From NCBI GenBank assembly GCA_037441475.1, contig JBBISB010000001.1, forward strand, positions 547,465 through 579,464: a stretch of DNA of 32,000 nucleotides. Reading direction: 5' to 3'. The stretch's first letter is position 1, and each line of letters opens with the position of its first letter. The notes under the pieces are model-generated. The model was not told the origin of the DNA. It searched no databases and saw only the letters and a list, made by a program, of their open reading frames with translations. This document shows, in pieces, positions 8,435 to 15,061 of this stretch. The position numbers and the translations under genes were made by a program. This stretch comes from Candidatus Iainarchaeum sp. Lineage in GTDB: Archaea; Iainarchaeota; Iainarchaeia; Iainarchaeales; CSSED10-239.

Positions 8435-9595
8435 TTATTTTTTAAGTCCTAAATATTTTTCTTTATTTGGTTTTCCTTTTAAAAAACCATTTAATAAATC
8501 TTCAATGTCTTTTTCAAAAATATCTCTTCCTCCAAGACCAAAGACATAAGAGGTAACATTTATTTTCTTATCATTATCACAAACAGAAAGTTTAATTTCT
8601 TTATAAAGTGGAGAAGAGGATCCAGGACTTTGAGCTCTATCAAGAACAATTACTTCTTTTGCTTTTTTTAAGGCCTTAAGATACTCTGAATAAATAAAAG
8701 GTCTAAAAAGCACTGGTCTTAAAAGCCCAACCTTTTTTCCTTCTTTTCTAAGTTTGTCAATAACATTTTTAGTTGTCTGTGCAGTTGAGGACATTACAAC
8801 AATAACAACCTCAGCATCTTTTAAAAAATAATCTTCATAAATTTCTATTTTCTTTCCAAAGGTTTTTTCAAACTCTTTTGAAACTTCTAAAAATTTCTTT
8901 TCAGCCTCTTCCATGGCTTTAAAAAGTTCAACCCTAATCTCAAAGAAGGTGTTTGGAAGTGAAAGGGCACCTATGGAGATTGGTTTTTTAGTATCTAAAA
9001 GATTATATGTTGTCTTATATTCTCCTACAAATTTCTTAACAACCTTATCTTCATACACTTCTAAATTCTCTAAGTTATGAGAGGTATAAAAACCATCAAT
9101 ACAAACCATGATAGGAAGAGATACACTTTCAGCAAACTTAAAAGCAAAGAGAGTCATGTCATATGCTTCTTGCGCACTTTCACAAAAAACCATCATCCAT
9201 CCTTGATCAAGACATGCCATGGCGTCTGAATGATCACAGTGTATGTTAATAGGTGCAGATACAGCTCTGTTTGCAACAGGCATAACCACAGGAAGTCTTA
9301 AACCAGAAGTTACTGATAACATTTCATACATGTACATTAAACCTTGTGAGGCTGTTGCTGTAACGCTTCTTGCACCTGATGCTGCTGCACCTACAACTGC
9401 TGAAAGTGCAGAGTGTTCTGATTCAACTAAGATAAGCTCTGTTGTAACTTTTCCATTACTATGGTGGTTTGCATAACTTTCAATGATTGGTGTTTGTGGG
9501 GTTATAGGATACATTGCAAACACATCAACATCCACTTGTTTTATTGCATAGGAGATTGCTTCTCCTCCATTAAGTGCTATTTTTTTATTTTTCAT
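8435..9595 (-). CDS. porA: Pyruvate/2-oxoacid:ferredoxin oxidoreductase alpha subunit
   Basis: 386 aa. N-terminal NGGEAISYAIKQVDVDVFAMYPITPQT and SEHSALSAVVGAAASGARSVTATASQGL are typical of POR alpha. Operon position lies between porD and porB. Confidence 0.9.
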   Translation of the reverse strand: MKNKKIALNGGEAISYAIKQVDVDVFAMYPITPQTPIIESYANHHSNGKVTTELILVESEHSALSAVVGAAASGARSVTATASQGLMYMYEMLSVTSGLRLPVVMPVANRAVSAPINIHCDHSDAMACLDQGWMMVFCESAQEAYDMTLFAFKFAESVSLPIMVCIDGFYTSHNLENLEVYEDKVVKKFVGEYKTTYNLLDTKKPISIGALSLPNTFFEIRVELFKAMEEAEKKFLEVSKEFEKTFGKKIEIYEDYFLKDAEVVIVVMSSTAQTTKNVIDKLRKEGKKVGLLRPVLFRPFIYSEYLKALKKAKEVIVLDRAQSPGSSSPLYKEIKLSVCDNDKKINVTSYVFGLGGRDIFEKDIEDLLNGFLKGKPNKEKYLGLKK

Positions 9596-9617
9596 TTTCT
9601 ATTCACATTAAAATTAT

Positions 9618-9899
9618 TTACTCTTCTTCCATCTTTATACATTTAACAGGGCATACCTTCTCACAGATCCCACACCCTTTACAAAACTCTAAGTCTGTTT
9701 CTGTTCTTACAAGCTTACCATCTTTATTCTTCTTAGCTAAGATACAGTTATCAGGACAATAAACATAGCATATCATACACTGCACACATCTCTTTGAGTC
9801 CCAAATAGGTTTTTTATGTCTCCAGTTTCCTGTACTATACTGTTTAGAGGTTCCTCCTTCTAGGACCCCACCAATAATTTTTTTATTTTTTTCACTCAT
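9618..9899 (-). CDS. porD: Pyruvate/2-oxoacid:ferredoxin oxidoreductase delta subunit (2x[4Fe-4S] ferredoxin)
   Basis: 93 aa with two cluster motifs, CVQCMICYVYCP and CKGCGICEKVCP. It lies between porG and porA. Confidence 0.85.
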   Translation of the reverse strand: MSEKNKKIIGGVLEGGTSKQYSTGNWRHKKPIWDSKRCVQCMICYVYCPDNCILAKKNKDGKLVRTETDLEFCKGCGICEKVCPVKCIKMEEE

Positions 9900-9905
9900 A
9901 ACAAA

Positions 9906-10475
9906 TCATTTCTTATAAATTTTAATATCCTCAAACCCTCTTTTAAGGCAATTGAGGTTTGGTAAAATAAAATGTTCTTTTCTTTTTTTTGTAAATGTTT
10001 CTTTAATAACTTTTTCAACATCTTTATATCTTAAGATATCTATTTTCTTTTCTTTAAAAACCTTTAAAAGTCCGCCAATTAAAACAATGTTTGGGTTGTT
10101 TGCTTTTATTTCTTCTAAGGATATCTTAGTTCCATCTGTTGTATATATCTCTTTACTAATAATCTCTTTATTAATCTCTTTATTAGTGTTTATAATAACA
10201 GGGGAGGTAAATCTCTTTATTTCCTCTAAAACATTAACTAAGTTCCCGTCAATAACTATAACAAAATCAGGTTTAATAACAGGCTCATGTGTCCTTATAG
10301 GGTTATTTGATAACCTTACAAATGCCTTAACAGGAGCTCCTCTTCTCTCAGGCCCATACTCAGGAAAGGCTTGAACATACCTACCTGCTTCAACACCAGC
10401 TTCAGCGATTATCTGAGCACAGGTTTTAGCACCTTGCCCTCCTCTTCCATAAACAGCAATACTTATTGTTTCCAT
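9906..10475 (-). CDS. porG: Pyruvate/2-oxoacid:ferredoxin oxidoreductase gamma subunit
   Basis: 189 aa. N-terminal GRGGQGAKTCAQIIAEAG...YGPERRGAPV is the canonical gamma-subunit pattern. It is the first gene of the operon. Confidence 0.85.
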   Translation of the reverse strand: METISIAVYGRGGQGAKTCAQIIAEAGVEAGRYVQAFPEYGPERRGAPVKAFVRLSNNPIRTHEPVIKPDFVIVIDGNLVNVLEEIKRFTSPVIINTNKEINKEIISKEIYTTDGTKISLEEIKANNPNIVLIGGLLKVFKEKKIDILRYKDVEKVIKETFTKKRKEHFILPNLNCLKRGFEDIKIYKK

Positions 10476-10674
10476 ATTTACTCTTTCTTTTATAATATAT
10501 ATTATAGTTATTAATCAATAATATTTTAAAGGAGTAGTTCTTAAAAATGGTTTTAAAAGTATATTTTAAGATGCTTTTTTGTAAGTTTTTAATATCCATA
10601 TAATATAAATATCCTTCTTATGTATTATATTAGTACAAATATGTTATTTTTTTAAAAAAAGGTGTGAACAAAGT

Positions 10675-11001
10675 ATGGTTAATATAAAATCAAAAGATAG
10701 TTTTTCCTGGACAAACAATTCAAGTAGTTCTTATGGTCAAAGAGGAAGCGATGCTCCAGCCTCTCTTTCAAAAATAGTTACAGATATTAGAAAGTTACAA
10801 AGACTTTTATCAATCTCTTTATCTGCCTTAGATAGAGACGACTTAAATGCTTTAAAGAAAGATATTTCTTATCTTCAACACTCAATTTCTGAAAACATTT
10901 CAAAGAAAGACGCTCCTTCAAACATCATAAGAGATTATGAACGTTTAAATGAAGATGTTAGAGACAAAATCTCTGAAATAGATAAAAGAATCATGAAATG
11001 A
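10675..11001 (+). CDS. Hypothetical protein, 108 aa, Ser-rich N-terminus and probable coiled coil
   Basis: ORF preceded by a GGTGTGA SD-like motif (10661..10667). I recognise no family. Confidence 0.45.
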   Translation: MVNIKSKDSFSWTNNSSSSYGQRGSDAPASLSKIVTDIRKLQRLLSISLSALDRDDLNALKKDISYLQHSISENISKKDAPSNIIRDYERLNEDVRDKISEIDKRIMK

Positions 11002-11009
11002 TTCTTTTT

Positions 11010-12701
11010 TTACTTCTTTTTATATTTAGTGTATACTTTATTTATTATCCATGTTAAAAGTACACATCCAATAGTTAACAAAAGTATACCTAGTAAACCT
11101 TGCATAAACTTATCAGCAACTGCAAAGGATACACCAATACCAAAGATTAAAAGTCCACTAAACAGTTTCAAAACTTTTCCATGTTTTTCATCCATCTTAG
11201 ATATTTTTAAAGTAAATATAGCTATTGCAAATAAAATTATTTCATCAAGAAGATAGATTAGCATATATATTCCTAAAAGAGTATAGTAACCTGCACTTGA
11301 GATTGTACTATTTGCTATCATGTTAGCCCATAGTAAAGGTAGGCCAGCTGTACAAGGTATCTCTAAAATAGTAACCCCTGCCGCTAAAATAATAGTTCCA
11401 AGCATAACTGCAAAGAGACTATTTTTAGGATTCATTATGTTCCTTATTCTATCATATATTTTTGGTTTTTCTTTATCAGAGATTGTTAATGAAATTCCTT
11501 TCTTATACCAGAAATAATCTTTTATGTTAATAAGACCAAAGATAACTGCTATTAAGACAATGGTTATCTTAATTATTGGACTGTAAAAGAATATCATGGC
11601 ATTCAAGATACTTGTAATAAACAGACCAAAGATAACAGCTGTAACTGCTAAGAAGGTAATACCTATTAAGAATATTTTCTTTCTAGACCCAGAGTATACA
11701 ACAATACTTAATAAGAATAATAGTACCCATAAAGAACATGGGTTTAAACCATCTACAAAAGAAATAATTAAGGTGTTTAAAAATAAAGATTTATGTCCTA
11801 GATCAATCTCCTTTTCAAAAAGCTTAATAGTTTTATTATCTTCTCCAGAAACATAGTTTGTTGAAGAAGGTATTTTATTTGTTTTTGAAAGTATTGCTTT
11901 TTCAGGGCATGAACAGTTGATGTTTGTTTTATAACATCTATCAATTTCCTTATCAAGATTATTCTTAATGTTTACTTCTCCGGTTAGATATGTTTCTCCA
12001 ATAAAGGCTATTGGAAACACTTCTACTTTAAGAGAATAAAGTTCCTTATATTCTGCAAAGATGACTTTGTTTTCTTCTATTGAAAGATCGTGTGTTTCTA
12101 AAATAAGGTCAGGATATTTGCTTATAAGGTAGTTTGTGTGTTCTAAAGTATTTTTACATTGTGAGCAGTCAGGGACATAAAACAAATGAACATAAACATC
12201 TTTTACTTTTGTTTTTTCAATAGTTATTGGTTTTTTATCAGACTGTATGATATTAACATAACTTTGATCTGTTGTGTAAAGTTGCCATATCTTTGGTTTA
12301 TTTAAATAATCTATACTGTCCTTACATTCTTCTTCAAGGCAAGAATCTACTTTTTCAATAATCTCTTGCTTTATACTTTCTGAAAAACCAATCCATGATT
12401 TATTAGAAATAAAAGTTATTGGAACACTTGTTGTTCTTTGAGAGAATGTTTTTCCAAACTCTAAGAGAAGTTTTGAGGCTTCTTTTTGAGTATCAAGCTC
12501 ATAGTAATGGACAGTGACATTTATATTTTCATTTACATAGTCCTTTAAAAAAGCCTTTTCTTGTGCGCAGTAAGGGCATGTAGAGGTTCCAAAGAAATAG
12601 ATGTTTACTTCTTTTTGCTCTTGTGCATAGAAGATTCCTGTAATTAATGTTAAAAAAATTAATATTAAAAATATGTTTTTATAGTTCATTGTGTATTTCA
12701 T
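11010..12701 (-). CDS. Membrane fusion protein: signal/anchor, two extracytoplasmic thioredoxin/glutaredoxin-fold domains (CPYC, CSQC), then a CcdA/DsbD-superfamily transmembrane thiol-disulfide transporter domain
   Basis: YFFGTSTCPYC...VPITFI...WIGF (domain 1), FYVPDCSQC...FPIAFIGETYLTG (domain 2), then a polytopic region. That region has the two hallmark membrane-embedded cysteines, GLNPCSLWVL (C333) and EIPCTAGLPL (C461), about 128 aa apart, as in CcdA (SPCVLP / TPCTGP). I place the start at ATG 12701 (MKYTMNYKN...). The track start at 12734 lies in an AT-rich promoter-like stretch. Confidence 0.7.
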   Translation of the reverse strand: MKYTMNYKNIFLILIFLTLITGIFYAQEQKEVNIYFFGTSTCPYCAQEKAFLKDYVNENINVTVHYYELDTQKEASKLLLEFGKTFSQRTTSVPITFISNKSWIGFSESIKQEIIEKVDSCLEEECKDSIDYLNKPKIWQLYTTDQSYVNIIQSDKKPITIEKTKVKDVYVHLFYVPDCSQCKNTLEHTNYLISKYPDLILETHDLSIEENKVIFAEYKELYSLKVEVFPIAFIGETYLTGEVNIKNNLDKEIDRCYKTNINCSCPEKAILSKTNKIPSSTNYVSGEDNKTIKLFEKEIDLGHKSLFLNTLIISFVDGLNPCSLWVLLFLLSIVVYSGSRKKIFLIGITFLAVTAVIFGLFITSILNAMIFFYSPIIKITIVLIAVIFGLINIKDYFWYKKGISLTISDKEKPKIYDRIRNIMNPKNSLFAVMLGTIILAAGVTILEIPCTAGLPLLWANMIANSTISSAGYYTLLGIYMLIYLLDEIILFAIAIFTLKISKMDEKHGKVLKLFSGLLIFGIGVSFAVADKFMQGLLGILLLTIGCVLLTWIINKVYTKYKKK

Positions 12702-12795
12702 CTCTTTAAATAATATATATATATTAATAAACATTAATTTAAAGATATTTATTTTTACACAAACAGTTTTAAAAATGTTTTTTAAAAGGAAAAAA

Positions 12796-12822
12796 GAATT
12801 TATTTTTAAAATAAATTCTTAA
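12796..12822 (-). terminator. Perfect 12-bp hairpin (AAGAATTTATTT tta AAATAAATTCTT) overlapping the stop codon of the 185-aa Trx-like gene, followed on the minus strand by a T-run
   Basis: Read directly. On the minus strand the hairpin is followed by TTTTTTCCTTTT. It separates the Trx-like gene from the downstream Trx-CcdA gene, which has its own TATA-like AT-rich stretch. Confidence 0.35.
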
Positions 12823-13363
12823 AGAAGTTAGCTATTCTTTTAAAGAAGCCAATCTTTTCTTTTTTAATTTCTTCCTGTCCTAATATCTTAAAGTATTTAT
12901 CATCTGTAAGATATTTTTCATTACCCTCTTGATTCTCTAAATAACTAAAAGAGTCCTTACATTCATCCTCTCTACAAAAATCAATAATACCAATCATCTG
13001 GTTTTGTATGCTTTCAGAAAAACCAATCCATACTTTATCAGATATAAAAGTTATTGGAACGCTTGTGCTTCTTTCTTCAAAAGCCTTTGAAAATTCTAAA
13101 AGAAATTTTGAGTTGTCTCTAATAGTGTCAAGTTGAAAGTAATAGCTCTTAACATCAAGGTTTGTTTTTGCATACTCTGTAAAAAAAGCCTTTTCATCTT
13201 GGCAGTAAGGGCATGTTGAGGTTCCAAAGAAGTATACATTTATTGTTTCTTTTGTTGTTTGATTTAATTCATCTCCCATTACATTAACACCTTCTCCAGC
13301 GTAAAGTGTGCTTGAGAAAAGGAAAACAAGTAAAATCATAAATATAAAATTTATTTTTTTCAT
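12806..13363 (-). CDS. Secreted/anchored thioredoxin-glutaredoxin-fold protein (CPYC), a paralogue of domain 1 of the downstream CcdA fusion
   Basis: Signal-peptide-like MKKINFIFMILLVFLFSSTLYA. The stretch VYFFGTSTCPYCQDEKAFF...STSVPITFISDKVWIGFSESI...CREDECKDS aligns almost residue for residue with aa 42-144 of the 574-aa ORF. Its start overlaps the upstream stop (ATGA). Confidence 0.7.
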   Translation of the reverse strand: MKKINFIFMILLVFLFSSTLYAGEGVNVMGDELNQTTKETINVYFFGTSTCPYCQDEKAFFTEYAKTNLDVKSYYFQLDTIRDNSKFLLEFSKAFEERSTSVPITFISDKVWIGFSESIQNQMIGIIDFCREDECKDSFSYLENQEGNEKYLTDDKYFKILGQEEIKKEKIGFFKRIANFFKNLF

Positions 13364-13584
13364 TTTTTAATCACCTTTTTTCTTTCAAGAAAATCATTTA
13401 ATTCTTCTAGAAGGTCAATCTCATTAATACCATACATTTCACAAACAGCACCAACTTCTAAAAAATCCATCTCCATTCTTGCCATAGGACAGGTTACACA
13501 TGGAAAGCCATGTGCCATTAATATCTCAAAGATATCTGGTCTTTCTAAAAGTTCTTTTAGTTTTGTGTTTGAGGTTACCTTCAT
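13360..13584 (-). CDS. DUF1858-type small redox-disulfide protein (hybrid-cluster-protein-associated / ScdA_N-like domain)
   Basis: 74 aa. The pattern LLERPDIFEILMAHGFPCVTCPMARMEM...LEVGAVCEMYGINEIDLLEELN matches what I remember for DUF1858 (H.G..C.GCP.A...tLeeaa..hGid...ll..LN). It has ATGA overlaps with both neighbours. Confidence 0.6.
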   Translation of the reverse strand: MKVTSNTKLKELLERPDIFEILMAHGFPCVTCPMARMEMDFLEVGAVCEMYGINEIDLLEELNDFLERKKVIKK

Positions 13585-14714
13585 ATTTTCTCAAATTTTT
13601 TATTTATTAATATTATTTCTTTAACAATTTCTTTTGCTTTCTCAAGAGTTGTTTCTTTTCCTAAGGAAAGACGAAGCATTCCATTTTTTTTATTATGATC
13701 AACTTTCAAGGCTTTTAAAACATGGCTTTTCTCTTTATTGTTTGAAAGACATGCAGATCCAGTGGATACCTTAAAACCCTTTAAATCAAGCTGCATTAAA
13801 AGGGACTCAGGTTCAATCTCTTCAAAAAGCAAAGATACATTGTTTACTAGTCTTTTTTCAAGTGAGCCTAAAACCTTAACATTTGGTGCTTTTTCTTTAA
13901 TCTCCTTAATAATAAAATCTCTAATTTCTTTCATTCTTAAGAGATCTTCTTTCTTTAAAACCTTAACTGCTTCCTTAAAACCAATTATTCCAGGAACATT
14001 TAAAGTTCCACTTCTCAAATTACTTTCATGCCCTCCTCCATGGAAGAGTGGAGTTATCTTAATATCTTTTCTAATGATTAAGGCTCCAATTCCTTTAGGT
14101 CCATACATCTTATGTGCATTTATTGTAATTAAATCAACATTATCTTTTATTAAATTAATTTCAGTTTTACAAAAACTTTGACATGCATCTGTGTGGAAAA
14201 AAACTTTTCTTTCCTTACAAATTTTTCCAATTTCAAAAAGTGGTTGTAAAGTTCCTATCTCGTTGTTTCCATGTATGATGGAGACTAGAATAGTGTCCTT
14301 TCTAATCTTCTTCTTTAAGTCCTCTAAATCAATTACCCCTTCTTTATTGTTATTAACATACTCAATCTCAAAGCCCTTACTTGAAAGATACTTTGCAGTG
14401 TTTAAAACTGAGTCATGCTCTATCTTACTGATTATTATATGTCTTCCTTTCTTTTCATAACTTTCAGAAATTCCTTTAAGTGCTAAATTATTACTCTCAG
14501 TTCCTCCTGATGTAAATATCAAGAGATGTTCTTTACCATTTACTTTCTCTAAAATACTTTCCCTTGCTTTATTAACCTCTTCTAAAACCATTTCTCCAAA
14601 GGAATGCATGCTTGAGGTGTTTGCAAAAATTTCTGAAAAATAAGGTTTCATTTTTTCAAGAACTTTAGAGTCAACAGGGCATGTCGCTGCATAATCAAAA
14701 TAGTTTGTTTTCAT
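13581..14714 (-). CDS. nifS: Cysteine desulfurase, class I (NifS/IscS type, PLP-dependent)
   Basis: PLP-lysine motif NAHKMYGPKGIGALI and active-site loop STGSACLSNNKEKSHVLKAL. Length is 377 aa. Confidence 0.9.
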   Translation of the reverse strand: MKTNYFDYAATCPVDSKVLEKMKPYFSEIFANTSSMHSFGEMVLEEVNKARESILEKVNGKEHLLIFTSGGTESNNLALKGISESYEKKGRHIIISKIEHDSVLNTAKYLSSKGFEIEYVNNNKEGVIDLEDLKKKIRKDTILVSIIHGNNEIGTLQPLFEIGKICKERKVFFHTDACQSFCKTEINLIKDNVDLITINAHKMYGPKGIGALIIRKDIKITPLFHGGGHESNLRSGTLNVPGIIGFKEAVKVLKKEDLLRMKEIRDFIIKEIKEKAPNVKVLGSLEKRLVNNVSLLFEEIEPESLLMQLDLKGFKVSTGSACLSNNKEKSHVLKALKVDHNKKNGMLRLSLGKETTLEKAKEIVKEIILINKKFEKI

Positions 14715-15022
14715 TTGTTATCTTGTGAAGTAATTTTGCATTTTCCACCACAAAACTCTTTCATGTGTTCATTAAGTATTTTAATAAGTGGTTTAATGGT
14801 TTTTTTATTTAAGGAATATTTAATAAATTTACCTTGTCTTTCAGAAAAGACCACCTTACATTCAAGAAGAATCTTAAGGTTATGGCTAACCTTTGATTGT
14901 TCTTCATTTATGTCGTTACAGACGTCTGTTACAAACTTGTCTGAAGCATAAAGTGAGTTTATTATTTTCTATCTAGTCTCGTTTGAGATTACAGTAAAGA
15001 AGTGATATCATGCGCAGTTCAT
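14711..15022 (-). pseudogene. ArsR/SmtB-family winged-HTH regulator frame (104 codons) interrupted by in-frame TGA (codon 5, 15010..15008) and TAG (codon 18, 14971..14969); either a pseudogene or a recoded gene
   Basis: Own codon-by-codon translation gives MNCA*YHFFTVISNETR*KIINSLYASDKFVTDVCNDINEEQSKVSHNLKILLECKVVFSERQGKFIKYSLNKKTIKPLIKILNEHMKEFCGGKCKITSQDNK*. It aligns without gaps to the ArsR/SmtB core (FkaLadptRlkIl..L...e.cV.dl......sqs.vSHHLk.L...glV..rr.Gr...Y.L). Its stop overlaps the nifS ATG (ATGA). The ORF track misses it because of the internal stops and shows a spurious plus-strand ORF at 14715..14951 instead. Confidence 0.6.
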
Positions 15023-15029
15023 ATTAATA

Positions 15030-15052
15030 TTATATAGAAAATAGTTTTTAAA
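15030..15052 (-). promoter_or_regulatory. Putative archaeal TATA/BRE region for the ArsR-like gene and operon
   Basis: The minus strand reads TTTAAAAACTATTTTCTATATAA. The TTTAAAAA box is centred about 27 nt upstream of ATG 15022, which fits a leaderless or short-leader transcript. This rests on sequence pattern only. Confidence 0.3.
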
Positions 15053-15061
15053 TATGTTGCT

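Noticed and set aside
9952-10374. Antisense or alternative-frame ORFs in the track. These include 1149..1445, 1632..2374 set, 5562..5759, 8364..8549, 9243..9762 set, 9952..10374, 11029..11856 set and 13738..14460 set. They also include 15073..15318, 16327..16524, 16830..17153, 19959..20159, 20873..21190, 21935..22120, 23084..23386, 24503..25027 set, 25527..25912 set, 26091..26294, 28869..29078 and 29920..30102.
   Set aside because: All lie inside or opposite confidently assigned genes. They encode low-complexity F/L/I/K/S-rich peptides typical of shadow ORFs in AT-rich DNA. They lack SD motifs and any recognisable domain. The ORF at 16327..16524 additionally overlaps tRNA-Cys.
12702-12734. 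Track start MFINIYILFKE for the Trx-CcdA fusion, and likewise 22761..22802 for sufD
   Set aside because: The extensions lie in promoter-like AT-rich sequence (12702..12734) or overlap the end of sufB by 32 nt (22761..22802). Downstream ATGs (12701 and 22803) give sensible N-termini (signal anchor; MQRIDLK).
14715-14951. Plus-strand 78-aa ORF from the track
   Set aside because: It is the antisense shadow of the minus-strand ArsR-like frame, which has clear family similarity. The plus-strand product is low-complexity with no motif and no SD.
14969-15010. In-frame TGA and TAG of the ArsR-like gene considered as selenocysteine and pyrrolysine codons
   Set aside because: TGA and TAG both serve as ordinary terminators of well-conserved genes in this window (for example top6B, nifS, argS; top6A, sufB). 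No Sec/Pyl machinery or obvious SECIS-like hairpin is visible here. The TAG replaces a conserved hydrophobic (Leu) position. I keep this only as a remote alternative in the finding.
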